Source of the DNA: Myxococcales bacterium
GTDB taxonomy: Bacteria > Myxococcota_A > Polyangia > Polyangiales > JADJMO01
Assembly (NCBI GenBank): GCA_016794445.1
Contig: JAEUKC010000313.1
Coordinates: 272 to 64,271 of the forward strand
DNA length: 64,000 nt
Direction of reading: 5' to 3'
Position numbers and translations under genes: made by a program. Below the pieces are notes generated by a model. It ran no database searches, had not been told where the DNA came from, and worked only from the letters and a program-made list of their open reading frames with translations. Position 1 is the first letter of the stretch. Every line of letters starts with the position of its first letter. Positions 1 through 12,565 of the stretch are shown in pieces.

Positions 1-708
1 GAGCGCGTCTGTCACGCGGCCGACACCCAGGCCGACCCGAACGCGGAGGCGCTCGTGCACGCCCTCGCCGAGATCCTTGCCGATCCGGCGCTCGATCCGG
101 CGCGCGAGGCTCTGCGCGGGGAGGCCCGCGCGCGCAAGCTGCTCACGCTCGAGCGCATGCTGCGTCGACCCTTCGTGCGCAAGCCGGGCGCGCCCAGGCG
201 CGTGGTCGAGCAGCTCGAGGACGACAGCGGCGTCGCGCTCGAGGCCGACCGCGAGCCCACGCCGCGCGACGTGCCGGACTACGGCAAGGGTCGCCCCCTC
301 ACGCTCGGCGAGCGCAAGTCGCTCGCGCGCCGGCCCCCTCCCGAGCTCCTGCCGCGCGTGCTCTCGGACCCGCACCCCGACGTCATCCGCATGGTGCTCG
401 CCTCGCCGCGGCTCACCGAGGAGCACGTGATCTCGCTGTGCGTGAAGCGACCGGGGCGCGCCGAGGTGCTGCACGAGGTCGCGCGCCACCCGCGGTGGTG
501 CCACCGGCCGCGCGTGCGGGTCGCGCTCGTGCAGAACCCGGCGACCCCGCCGGAGGTCGCCATCGCGCTCGTCGCGCTGCTGCGCGCGCAGGAGCTCCGG
601 TCGGTGATCGAGACCCACGCGTTGCACCCCTCGGTGCGCGCCGCCGCCGCCGAGCGCCTCGAGCGCCGCCCGCCGGTGCGCAAGCGCCCGGCGGAGGGGA
701 TCCAGTAG
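1..708 (+). CDS. hypothetical protein, 5' end outside window; helical LRV/HEAT-like repeats
   Basis: Frame 1 is open from base 1 to TAG 706-708 (track ORF 55..708 is the in-window part). High GC3. Repeated motifs such as DPHPDVIRMVLASPRLT and VALVQNPATPPEVAIALV resemble leucine-rich-variant/HEAT repeats. Confidence 0.6.
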   Translation, partial: ERVCHAADTQADPNAEALVHALAEILADPALDPAREALRGEARARKLLTLERMLRRPFVRKPGAPRRVVEQLEDDSGVALEADREPTPRDVPDYGKGRPLTLGERKSLARRPPPELLPRVLSDPHPDVIRMVLASPRLTEEHVISLCVKRPGRAEVLHEVARHPRWCHRPRVRVALVQNPATPPEVAIALVALLRAQELRSVIETHALHPSVRAAAAERLERRPPVRKRPAEGIQ

Positions 709-731
709 GGCGACCCCGGGGCTCGAGTGCT

Positions 732-935
732 CGAATCCCCCCGGGCTGAAGCCCGGGGCACCGACAGCAGGGGCAAGCCCGCGAGGCGGGCTATCCAGTC
801 GGTACAGCCCGGGGCGGGCTGGCGAAGCGCGGGGCACGAGAGGCAGGACATGAGGCCATCCATGCGCCGAGCTGGAGCCCGCCTTGCGGGCTTGCCCCGC
901 AGTCGGTGCCCCGTGCTTCAGCACGGGGGATTGCG
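732..935. repeat. two inverted copies (732-791, 877-935) of a ~60-nt double-hairpin module separated by ~85 bp
   Basis: Manual alignment of arm 1 with the reverse complement of arm 2 matches about 53 of 60 positions. Each arm has local hairpins: 739-758 and 909-928 (8 bp stems), 777-791 and 877-891 (6 bp stems). Lies between convergent gene ends (708 and 969). Confidence 0.8.
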
Positions 936-968
936 AGCGACGGCTCTATTGAGCGCTCACCCCGAATC

Positions 969-4583
<3,615 letters not shown>

Positions 4584-4728
4584 GACGTCGGTGTCACGGT
4601 CCGAGGTGCGCGAGAAGACGTCGCGCATGACATGGTGCGTCAACGTTGCGAGCAGCGTTGCATGGGCCCCGGACGTCGCGTAGTTTGACCCGCGCGTCCG
4701 TTCCTAGGTGTCTCTTGTGGAGGTCCCC

Positions 4729-5856
4729 GTGCTGAATCGCTCTACCTTCTTTGCGTCGATGTTCCTTGCGGCTGCCGGCATCGGCGGCATGTTCCTCGCG
4801 CCGGGCTGTGGGAGCGAAGACCCGCCCACGACCACCACCGACTCAGGCCCTGGCCCCGAGTCGCTCCAGCCGCCGAAGCGCCCGACGGCGACCCCCACCG
4901 GCGCCACCAAGTGGTTCGCCGTCAAGAAGCTCTACCTCGGCACCAGCGATCGCAGCGGCAAGGTCAGCTCGAAGGCGTGGGAGCAGTTCGGCTTCGACCT
5001 CGACGGCCGATTCACCACGTCCGACGACAGCAAGAACAACCGGAACGTCTGCAAGCGGGTCGAGGGCGCGCCCAACAGCATCAACACCGACGGCGCCAAG
5101 GGCGTCGACAACAACTTCGGCTCGCAGGTCATGAGCGTGATCAAGAGCCTCAAGTCCGACGCCGAGGACCAGGTCAACGGGACGCTGACCGACGGCAGCT
5201 TCACGCTCCTCATGAAGATCGACAACTTCACCGAGGCCGACAACGCGAAGGCCCCCGGCCAGCTCTACGTCGCGACCTACTACGGCGGCAAGGACAGCGG
5301 CAAGAAGCCCACCTTCACCGCTGCCGACACGGAGTGGCAGATCCTCGACGCCTCGCTCGGCGCCGATGGCAAGCCCAAGCTCCAGTTCCCCGACGCGTAC
5401 ATCTCGAACGGCCAGTGGGTCAGCGGCGACTTCGGCAAGGGCACCATCGAGCTCGCGATCGCCCTCTCCGGCGCCGAGATCAAGCTCCCGATCGACTCGG
5501 GCATCATCACCTTCAACGTGAAGGACGGCACGGGCGGCAACATCGCCGGCGCGATGAACAACAAGAAGCTGCAGGACTCGCTCACCCCGATCGCCAAGAA
5601 GTTCGGCATCTGCCCGGGCAACGCGACCTACGACCAGGTCGTCAACACCCTCACCCAGGGCGCCGACCTCGTGTCCGGCGCGCCGAGCCTCCAGGACCCC
5701 GCCCAGACCTGCAACGCGATCTCGATCGCGCTCGGGTTCGACCTGGCCCCCACCGGCGACCACACGGCCGCCAAGATCTACAAGAGCGAGACCACCCCCG
5801 GGACCGACGAGTGCGACAAGCCCGACGGCGGCACCGACGGCGCGACGGGCGGCTGA
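4729..5856 (+). CDS. secreted lipoprotein, unknown function
   Basis: Track ORF 4708..5856. GTG at 4729 is preceded by GGAGG (4719-4723). Signal peptide ends in lipobox LAPGC, followed by a Thr/Pro linker. High GC3. Confidence 0.8.
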   Translation: MLNRSTFFASMFLAAAGIGGMFLAPGCGSEDPPTTTTDSGPGPESLQPPKRPTATPTGATKWFAVKKLYLGTSDRSGKVSSKAWEQFGFDLDGRFTTSDDSKNNRNVCKRVEGAPNSINTDGAKGVDNNFGSQVMSVIKSLKSDAEDQVNGTLTDGSFTLLMKIDNFTEADNAKAPGQLYVATYYGGKDSGKKPTFTAADTEWQILDASLGADGKPKLQFPDAYISNGQWVSGDFGKGTIELAIALSGAEIKLPIDSGIITFNVKDGTGGNIAGAMNNKKLQDSLTPIAKKFGICPGNATYDQVVNTLTQGADLVSGAPSLQDPAQTCNAISIALGFDLAPTGDHTAAKIYKSETTPGTDECDKPDGGTDGATGG

Positions 5857-5893
5857 GCCCACGAAGGCCGAGCCTCTGGCTCTGCCGTGCAGA

Positions 5894-5930
5894 GAGGCCC
5901 TGGGTCCGCCCGGGGCCTCGCTGCGTTTTT
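5894..5930 (+). terminator. putative intrinsic terminator
   Basis: GAGGCCC (5894-5900) pairs with GGGCCTC (5913-5919), followed by GCTGCGTTTTT. Located 38 nt after the stop at 5856. Confidence 0.5.
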
Positions 5931-6063
5931 GGCGGTGCAGAACACACCACGAGGACGGATCGCACGACCCAGATGCGACGAGATACGCTATCGTCTCATC
6001 TCGGTGACGCGCGGGATGCAGTCCGCGTCGTACGTCGAACTCTTCTTTCCTCGGGGTCCCACC

Positions 6064-6747
6064 ATGAAGCTTTCCTGGCTCGTCGTCGCGTCGCTGGCCG
6101 TGTTCGGTTGCTCCGGAACCAAGGACGCGCCCGCGGGTCCGGGAGGCGACACGGACACGGGCACGGTGGAAGACACCGCACCGGCCGTCGATGCAGCGCC
6201 CTGGCTCACCTATCCCGAGGGCCCCTACGGCGTGGACGCCAAGGGTCAGGTCTTCCCGCACCTCAAGTTCGAGGGCTACCTCGGGGGAGAGGGCGGCGAG
6301 TGGAAGACCATCGACATGATGGACTACTACGATCCGACCGGCGAGCGCGGCATCTTCGGCGTGCTCGTCGTCGTGGGCGCCAAGTGGTGCGGCCCCTGCA
6401 ACGAGGAGGCGAAGAGCCTGCCGAAGTTCTTCACGGACATGTACAAGGGTCGCGGCGCGAAGTTCCTCTCGCTGCTCATCCAGGACAGCACCACCACCAC
6501 GCCCGCCAGCCAGAAGACGGCGGACTGGTGGAACGGCAAGTACCACCTCAACTTCGACCTCGGCATCGACCCCGAACAGACCTCGATGCCCAAGGCGGGC
6601 GCGGGCATCCCGCGCAACTACATCATCAACCCGCGCAACATGCAGATCGTCCGCATCAACTCGGGCGTCGATCCCACGTACGTCGGCATCCCCGGCCTCA
6701 AGCCGCTGCTCGACTACAACGGCGCTCCCGCCCTGCCCAGCCCCTGA
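6064..6747 (+). CDS. thioredoxin-fold (TlpA/redoxin-like) lipoprotein
   Basis: ATG 6064 within track ORF 5887..6747. Lipobox AVFGC and active-site motif WCGPC in a thioredoxin-like context (VVVGAKWCGPCNEEA). Confidence 0.85.
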   Translation: MKLSWLVVASLAVFGCSGTKDAPAGPGGDTDTGTVEDTAPAVDAAPWLTYPEGPYGVDAKGQVFPHLKFEGYLGGEGGEWKTIDMMDYYDPTGERGIFGVLVVVGAKWCGPCNEEAKSLPKFFTDMYKGRGAKFLSLLIQDSTTTTPASQKTADWWNGKYHLNFDLGIDPEQTSMPKAGAGIPRNYIINPRNMQIVRINSGVDPTYVGIPGLKPLLDYNGAPALPSP

Positions 6748-6769
6748 ACGACCGTCGGCGCGCGCCTTC

Positions 6770-6810
6770 GACGGCCGCTTCCCCCGAGGGAGCGGCCGTC
6801 TCTCGTTTCG
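6770..6810 (+). terminator. intrinsic terminator
   Basis: GACGGCCGCTTCCC / CCGA loop / GGGAGCGGCCGTC (13 bp stem with one bulge), followed by TCTCGTTTCG. Located 23 nt after the stop at 6747. Confidence 0.7.
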
Positions 6811-6857
6811 GCCGTACGGAGCGCGCGCTCGGCATTCATGCTACGAGGCGCGGCCTC

Positions 6858-7628
6858 ATGGCCGAAGCTGACGATCGTCCCCTCCTCGGTTGCGCGGGCA
6901 TGCGCGGCCCGCTCGACGTGTACGCGCGTCGCTTCGACGTGCTCGAGCTCGACGTCCTCGACAGCAAGAAGGAGCCGAAGCCCTCGACGATGCGCAAGTG
7001 GCGCACCGACGCGGGACCGAACCTCCGCATCGCCATCGTCGCGCCGCGCGCGGCCGCCCTGGTCAAGCCCTCACCCGCGCTCGACGCCGGACTCGTGAAG
7101 CTGCTCGAGGCGCAGCGCCTGCTGCAGGCCCAGCACATCGTGCTCAACACGCCCATCGACGTGACGCCAGGGGCGCTGAACCGCGAGCGCCTCGCCGCGC
7201 TCGTCGCGCGCATCCGCGAGGGCCTCGGTGAGGCGCAGAACGCCGTGCGCATCGCGTGGGCCCCGCGCGGCGTCTGGGAGAACGAGGACGCCGTCCGTCA
7301 CGCGGAGTCGATGGACGTCGAGCTCGCGCTCGATCCCCTCGCCGATCCCCGCGAACCGTTCTGGCACTCGCGCATGCGCTACCTACGGCTCTCGGCCGTC
7401 GGGGGGCGCATGGTGTTCCCGCCCACCCGTCTGCGCTGGCTCGCGGAGATGCTCGTCGAGCACCCGAGCCCGGGACGCGTGGTCGTGTTCGCGACCCCGA
7501 ATGCCCCCAAGGAGGCGCGCATGCTCGGCAAGCTGCTCGCGCCCCAGGCGAAGACGACGGGGGGCGGGCACGGCACGGTGCTGCGTCCGCGCGGCGCAGC
7601 GGCGCTCGGGCGCGAAGAGGAGGAGTGA
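6858..7628 (+). CDS. DUF72 family protein
   Basis: ATG 6858 in the frame of track ORF 4911..7628. The N-terminal pattern GCAGMRGPLDVYARRFDVLELD and overall layout resemble the DUF72/UPF0759 family (recognised from memory). Confidence 0.75.
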   Translation: MAEADDRPLLGCAGMRGPLDVYARRFDVLELDVLDSKKEPKPSTMRKWRTDAGPNLRIAIVAPRAAALVKPSPALDAGLVKLLEAQRLLQAQHIVLNTPIDVTPGALNRERLAALVARIREGLGEAQNAVRIAWAPRGVWENEDAVRHAESMDVELALDPLADPREPFWHSRMRYLRLSAVGGRMVFPPTRLRWLAEMLVEHPSPGRVVVFATPNAPKEARMLGKLLAPQAKTTGGGHGTVLRPRGAAALGREEEE

Positions 7629-8779
7629 TGCTGATCGGCGCGGCCTCGGCCTCCACCCACGACGAGGCGGCGCACGCGGCCTCGCTGGCCCTCACCGCGG
7701 AGCCCGGCGAGACGCCCGGCACCGCGATCGACGCGGTCCTCGCCGGCGTGCTCGCGGTCGCCGCGCGCAAGCCCTCGGTGTTGCTCGGCGCGGGCACCCT
7801 GCTGCTCGCCGGCACGGGCGAGGGGCTGTTCGCGGTCGACGGGCGCGCGCGCACGACGGGCATCGGCGCGCCCCGCCCGCGTGGCTTCGTCGATGCGAGC
7901 GAGGTGCCGCTCATCGCCCGGATCGCCACGCCTGGGTTGCCTTCGGCGCTCGCGCGCGCCCACACCGGTCGCGGCCGTCTGACCCTCACCGCGATCGTCC
8001 GGCATGCGCTCGCCGCGGCCGGCGACGTCGAGCCCGACCGCGCCCGCTCGCTGCGCGCGTTCGCCCGCGAGGCCGGCGCGTTCGTCCACGAGGCGATGCG
8101 CGCGCCGCTGCTCGCGGCGACGGCGCGCGCGCTCGGGGGCCATCTGACCCTCGAGGACCTCGAGGGCGTGCGCGCCGACCTCGTGCCCGCCCGCACGGTG
8201 CGGGTCGACACGCGCGCGTGGTCGTTCGCGCCGTGGGCCGACGCGCTGGCCGCCGCGTTCCAGCAGACGGGCGATGGCACGCTCGTCGACGCCGCCGCCG
8301 CGCTCGACGAGGGCCCCGCGCTCGGGATCGTCTGCGCCAACGACGCCCACGGCGCGTTCGCCGCGGCGGCGTTCGTCGTCGCCGCCGAGTCGCTCCCCAT
8401 CGAGGGCACGGGGCTCGCCCTGCCCGCGCTCGCGCCGCCCGTGATGCGCGGGGTCACCCGTCAGGCGCCCGGCGCGATCCTCGCGCTCGGAGCCCCGCTC
8501 GGCGTGGCGGCCCTCGATGGCACGGTCGACCTCGCGGTCGGCGTCGGTGGAGTCGGCGGCGAGCACCTGCTCGCCCAGGTGGTGCGCGGCCTCTCCCGCA
8601 GCGGCCTCACCTCGTTCGAAGAGGTGATCGCCCAGCCGCGCGCGCGCCGCACGATGACCCCCGAAGGCCACGCCCTCGCGCAGCTCGAGGAGCGCCTCGA
8701 CCGCACGTTCGGCGTCGTCAGCGGCGTCCACGTCGACGAACGCGGCCGCGGCCGCCCGTTGGTGGACCCCCGACGCTAG
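7628..8779 (+). CDS. hypothetical Ala-rich protein; faint resemblance to the gamma-glutamyltranspeptidase fold
   Basis: ATG 7628 overlaps the upstream TGA (ATGA coupling), in the frame of track ORF 7256..8779. N-terminal AIDAVLAGVLAVAARKPSVLLGAGTLLL resembles the GGT N-terminal pattern, but no catalytic Thr motif was seen. Confidence 0.6.
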   Translation: MLIGAASASTHDEAAHAASLALTAEPGETPGTAIDAVLAGVLAVAARKPSVLLGAGTLLLAGTGEGLFAVDGRARTTGIGAPRPRGFVDASEVPLIARIATPGLPSALARAHTGRGRLTLTAIVRHALAAAGDVEPDRARSLRAFAREAGAFVHEAMRAPLLAATARALGGHLTLEDLEGVRADLVPARTVRVDTRAWSFAPWADALAAAFQQTGDGTLVDAAAALDEGPALGIVCANDAHGAFAAAAFVVAAESLPIEGTGLALPALAPPVMRGVTRQAPGAILALGAPLGVAALDGTVDLAVGVGGVGGEHLLAQVVRGLSRSGLTSFEEVIAQPRARRTMTPEGHALAQLEERLDRTFGVVSGVHVDERGRGRPLVDPRR

Positions 8780-9093
8780 TTGCTCGGGGGGCTCACGCCC
8801 CCCTGCGCCGCTTCGCGGCGGGACGGCGCGTGCCCGACCGGCGGGGCTGCTCGGCACGCCTCGGGCGCGAGCAACCAGCGTGCAAACGTCCCAAGAGTCC
8901 TGTGAGGAACGTGATCCGTTGAAGAGAGGAACGTGATCCGTTGAAGAGGCGATAGAGAGGCAGCGCCGGCGCTCGGGCAACGCCTCGTCCCGCCGCGCAG
9001 CGGCGCAGGGGGGCGTCGAGGCTGGTCTGCGACAGGGAGCGAAGCGGACTGGCGCGGCCACCGAGACCGTGGGGGGCGTGAGCCCCCCACCAG
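8780..9093. repeat. complex intergenic repeat element with nested inverted repeats and a 22-bp tandem duplication
   Basis: Identical hairpin GGGGGGC-N4-GCCCCCC at 8786-8803 and, inverted, at 9071-9088. A 26-nt inverted repeat at 8798-8823 / 8988-9013 matches 25 of 26. Perfect 22-bp tandem at 8904-8925 / 8926-8947. Fills the gap between convergent stops at 8779 and 9094. Confidence 0.85.
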
Positions 9094-10005
9094 CTACCAC
9101 AGCGTGAAGTTGGCGCCGGCCTGGAGGCGGAGGCCGCCGAGGGAGTCGAAGTTGCTGCCACTGAGCGGCATGAAATACCCGGCCCAGGCGCCGAGGAAGA
9201 TCGAGCGGTCGGCGTAGAGGTGAACGCCGGCGAGGGGGGTCAGGTGCCCGACGGCGCCCTTGTCACCGAGGGCGTGGTTCACGAACGCGCCCGTGCGCAG
9301 GCCGAAATACGGGAGCAAGAAGCGTCGCTGAGGGTTGCGCTCGAGCGAGAGGTCGAAGCCGAAGGAGAAGTCGAGCGCAGCGCCCACCGCATCCCGCGGC
9401 GAGCGGAGCACCGCCATGTCGATGTAGACCCGACCATGACTCGGGCCGTACTTGTCGTTGCGATGAATCCACGAGGCGAGGACGATCTGCACGTCGAAGC
9501 CCTGGAACGTCCCGAAGGTGCTCCGGTCGTGAGGGTCGAGCAGCGAGTAGCCAGCGCCCGGGAGGAAGTACGCCTCGACCTCGTCGACGACGTGGACCTG
9601 GACGGTCTTCTGGATCGTGTGGGTGCCATCGCTGGCCTCGACGAGGACCTCGTTCTCACCGACGTCCGCGCCGCGTCCTCGGCACTTGAGGCGGAGTGTG
9701 GAGTAGGAGCCCTGCACCTCCGCCGCGCTCGTGCACGAGAGCGCGGAGGAGACGCGGAACGTGATCGGATCCTTGTCGGGATCGTCGGCGCTGATCACCA
9801 CCTCCACCGACTCACCTACGCGCACGGTGTGTGGGTAGTCGCTGCCGCTCTGCCACTGCGGGGGTCGGTTGGCCGGCGGGTTGGGCTCTGCGTAGGCCGT
9901 CGCCGGCAAGAGGGTAAGAACCACCGCGACAGCGCGAACCCAGGTTCGCGTGGGGGCGGTGGTTCGGAGGGTCGAACCACGCAGGGCGGGCGCTCGGAGC
10001 TGCAT
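9094..10005 (-). CDS. outer-membrane beta-barrel protein with N-terminal Ig/cadherin-like domain
   Basis: Track ORF 9094..10023, ATG at 10005. Signal peptide ...LLPATAYA. C-terminal half has alternating beta-strand pattern ending GANFTLW (aromatic terminus typical of OMPs). Confidence 0.8.
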   Translation of the reverse strand: MQLRAPALRGSTLRTTAPTRTWVRAVAVVLTLLPATAYAEPNPPANRPPQWQSGSDYPHTVRVGESVEVVISADDPDKDPITFRVSSALSCTSAAEVQGSYSTLRLKCRGRGADVGENEVLVEASDGTHTIQKTVQVHVVDEVEAYFLPGAGYSLLDPHDRSTFGTFQGFDVQIVLASWIHRNDKYGPSHGRVYIDMAVLRSPRDAVGAALDFSFGFDLSLERNPQRRFLLPYFGLRTGAFVNHALGDKGAVGHLTPLAGVHLYADRSIFLGAWAGYFMPLSGSNFDSLGGLRLQAGANFTLW

Positions 10006-10073
10006 GCGGCCCGAGCAGAGCACGCGACGTGCCGCGTGGGCAGCCGTCCGCTACACTGGCGGGCTAGGGCCGC

Positions 10074-11609
10074 GTGACCTCGTTCCGACCTGGTGACCGC
10101 ATCGGCGGCCGATACCGTCTCCTCCAGGAGATGGGCAACGGCGCCATGGGCACCGTCTGGAGCGCGCGCAACGAGGCCACCGATCGCGACTTCGCCCTCA
10201 AGCTCATGCTCCCGGATGCGGCGCGCGATCCACAGCGCGTGGCGCGCTTCTTCAAGGAGGCCAAGATCGCGGGCCGGCTGCGCCACCGCTGCATCGTCGA
10301 GGTGTACGACCTCGGTCAGCTCGAGGACGGTGGGAGCAAGGGCGCGCCCTACCTCGTCATGGAGCTGCTCGACGGCGAGCCCCTGGATGCGCTCCTGCGC
10401 CGCATGGGTCGGATCCCGGCGGGCACGGTGGTGCGCCTGCTCCGCGATCTCGGTCGGGGCCTCGACGTCGCGCACCGGCAAGGCATCGTCCACCGCGACC
10501 TCAAGCCGGCGAACATCTTCCTCCACCAGAACGTCGAGGGGCGCACCGTGCCCAAGATCCTCGACTTCGGCGTCTCGAAGCTGCTCCCGTCGCACTCGGC
10601 CGACGCCTTCGACGCGCAGGAGACCACGGTGGGCACCATCCTCGGCTCGCCCGCGTACATGAGCCCCGAGCAGACGGCCGGCGACGAGGTCGACGCGCGC
10701 GCGGACATCTGGGCGCTCGGGGTCATCGCGTATCGCTGCATCTCGGGCGCGTTCCCCTTCGCCGGCGCCAACTTCACGGCGCTCGCCCTCGCGATCAACA
10801 CCCAGGCGCCCACGCCGCTCGAGCAGCGGATCCCCACCCTACCGGCCGAGCTGTGCGACGTCGTCGCGCGGTGTCTGAGCCGCGACCGCGCGCACCGTTA
10901 CCCCTCGGCGGCCGCCCTCGCCGACGCGCTCGACGATCTGCTCGAGAAGTACGAGCTGCCCACGATGGAGCTGTCGACCATCGTCGGACAGGGCTTGCCG
11001 AGCGACCTCATGAAGACCGTGGCACCGATCGGCACGCGATCGGTGCGACCGAACAGCGCGTCGACGACCCGCAAGGTGGAGGAGACCGCGGCGCGCGCCG
11101 CGGGGCCGTCGGACGCGCCCACGGCGCCGCAGGTACGAAGCGCACGGTTCGACGCAGCGACGATGACGGAGGTACAGACGTCGCACCCCGTCGAGCTCGG
11201 CCCGCTCGAGGCAACCGCGGCGCACGGCGCGAGCCTCGCCGTGGTCCCCCCTTCGCGGCCGGATCGACGCAAGGTGTGGGTCGCCGGGGTCGGGGCGTCG
11301 ATCCTGCTCGTGGTGGCCCTCGCGTTGGCGTCGCTCGGCGGCTCGTCGGGGGCGTCGAGCGGCGCCGCCACACCTGCCAACCCGACCGCGACGGCCGCGC
11401 CCCCCCGCCCCGCCGAGCCTTCGCCGCCCACCGCTGCGAGCGGCGCGAGCGCGGCGAGCGCGGTGAGCGCGGTGAGCGCGACGAGCGTCGTCGCCGCGGC
11501 GCCCAGCAACCCAGCCGCGCCGAAGGCCAAGCCCGCGACCAAACCCGCCCCGCCGTCCGCCAAGCCCAAGGACCAGCCGCACGACGGCCTCACGAACCCA
11601 GGCTTCTAG
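10074..11609 (+). CDS. Ser/Thr protein kinase with TM segment and Ala/Pro-rich tail
   Basis: Hanks kinase motifs GNGAMGTVW, ALK, HRDLKPANIF, DFG, SPEQ. Hydrophobic segment WVAGVGASILLVVALALASL. Confidence 0.93.
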   Translation: MTSFRPGDRIGGRYRLLQEMGNGAMGTVWSARNEATDRDFALKLMLPDAARDPQRVARFFKEAKIAGRLRHRCIVEVYDLGQLEDGGSKGAPYLVMELLDGEPLDALLRRMGRIPAGTVVRLLRDLGRGLDVAHRQGIVHRDLKPANIFLHQNVEGRTVPKILDFGVSKLLPSHSADAFDAQETTVGTILGSPAYMSPEQTAGDEVDARADIWALGVIAYRCISGAFPFAGANFTALALAINTQAPTPLEQRIPTLPAELCDVVARCLSRDRAHRYPSAAALADALDDLLEKYELPTMELSTIVGQGLPSDLMKTVAPIGTRSVRPNSASTTRKVEETAARAAGPSDAPTAPQVRSARFDAATMTEVQTSHPVELGPLEATAAHGASLAVVPPSRPDRRKVWVAGVGASILLVVALALASLGGSSGASSGAATPANPTATAAPPRPAEPSPPTAASGASAASAVSAVSATSVVAAAPSNPAAPKAKPATKPAPPSAKPKDQPHDGLTNPGF

Positions 11610-12565
11610 TGCGCCCTCTCCTCGCGCTGCTCGCACCGCTCTCGTGCGCCGTCGTCGTGGCCGGTCCGGGCCAGGCCCTCGCGGAGCCGAGCGACGTCGA
11701 CCTCGCCGGAGCGCGCAAGCTGTTCGAGCAGGGCATCCACCAGGAGGAGGCCGGGGACTGGGCCGCGGCGCTCGCGACGTTCCGCAAAGTGGCCGCGGTC
11801 CGCGCCAACCACGTGGTGCGCTTCCACGTGGGGCTGTGCCTCGAGAAGACGGGCAAGCTCGTCGCGGCGCGCGACGAGTTCGTGGTGGCGCGCGGCCTCG
11901 CCGAGAAGGAGGACTCTCCGGACGCGAAGAAGACCGTCGCGTCCGCCACCAAGCACATCACCGCGCTCGACGCGCGCATCCCGCGGATCCGCGTCCGCCG
12001 CCCCGAGGTGGGCGCCACGATCTCGATCGACGGCACGCTGGTCGGTGCCCTGTTCGACACGCAGGTCCCGCTCGATCCCGGCAAGCACCGGATCGACGTG
12101 CAGGCGGCGGGCTACGAGCCCTACCACGCCGAGGTGACCACCGTGGAGGGCGAGCTCACGCCGGTCGAGATCACCCCTGTGCTGACGAAGACGAAGCCGA
12201 ACACGCCCGAGAAGCCGACCGTGGTCACCGAGGTCGAGGCGCGCTCGTCCGCGCCGTGGTTCGTGGTCGGCGCCGGTGCAGCCATGCTGGTGGGCGCCGG
12301 TGTCTTCTACGGCCTGCGCAGCTCCGCGCTCGCCGACGTCGACGCGAGCTGCACCGACGCGCGGACCAAGTGCGATCCTGCCCTCGGCGACACCGCGGCG
12401 CGAGGCAAGACCTACACGCTCGTCGGCAACGTGCTGCTGGGCGTCGGCGCAGCGACCGTGGTCACAGGGGTCGGGTGGTTGCTCCTGCGGCCCTCGGCCC
12501 AGCGCCCGGTGTCGATCAGCGTCACGGCGCACCTCGGCGGCGCCTGGCTCGTGGGCCGGTTCTAG
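11609..12565 (+). CDS. secreted TPR-like plus PEGA-domain protein with C-terminal TM segments
   Basis: GTG 11609 overlaps the kinase stop (TAGTG), in the frame of track ORF 10853..12565. Signal peptide LLALLAPLSCAVVVAGPGQALA. PEGA-like segment ISIDGTLVGALFDTQVPLDPGKHRIDV. Confidence 0.75.
   Translation: MRPLLALLAPLSCAVVVAGPGQALAEPSDVDLAGARKLFEQGIHQEEAGDWAAALATFRKVAAVRANHVVRFHVGLCLEKTGKLVAARDEFVVARGLAEKEDSPDAKKTVASATKHITALDARIPRIRVRRPEVGATISIDGTLVGALFDTQVPLDPGKHRIDVQAAGYEPYHAEVTTVEGELTPVEITPVLTKTKPNTPEKPTVVTEVEARSSAPWFVVGAGAAMLVGAGVFYGLRSSALADVDASCTDARTKCDPALGDTAARGKTYTLVGNVLLGVGAATVVTGVGWLLLRPSAQRPVSISVTAHLGGAWLVGRF

Noticed and set aside
725-745. tRNA-like T-loop sequence TCGAATCC (and its inverted counterpart near 930-940), hinting at a tRNA or att site
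   Set aside because: No flanking 5-bp T-stem, acceptor stem or anticodon arm could be drawn. No integrase is nearby. It is better explained as part of the inverted repeat module.
8776-9161. Minus-strand ORFs 8776..9090 and 8793..9161 spanning the 8.8-kb repeat element
   Set aside because: They run through hairpins and the low-GC tandem repeat, overlap the real OMP gene end, and have junk-like composition.
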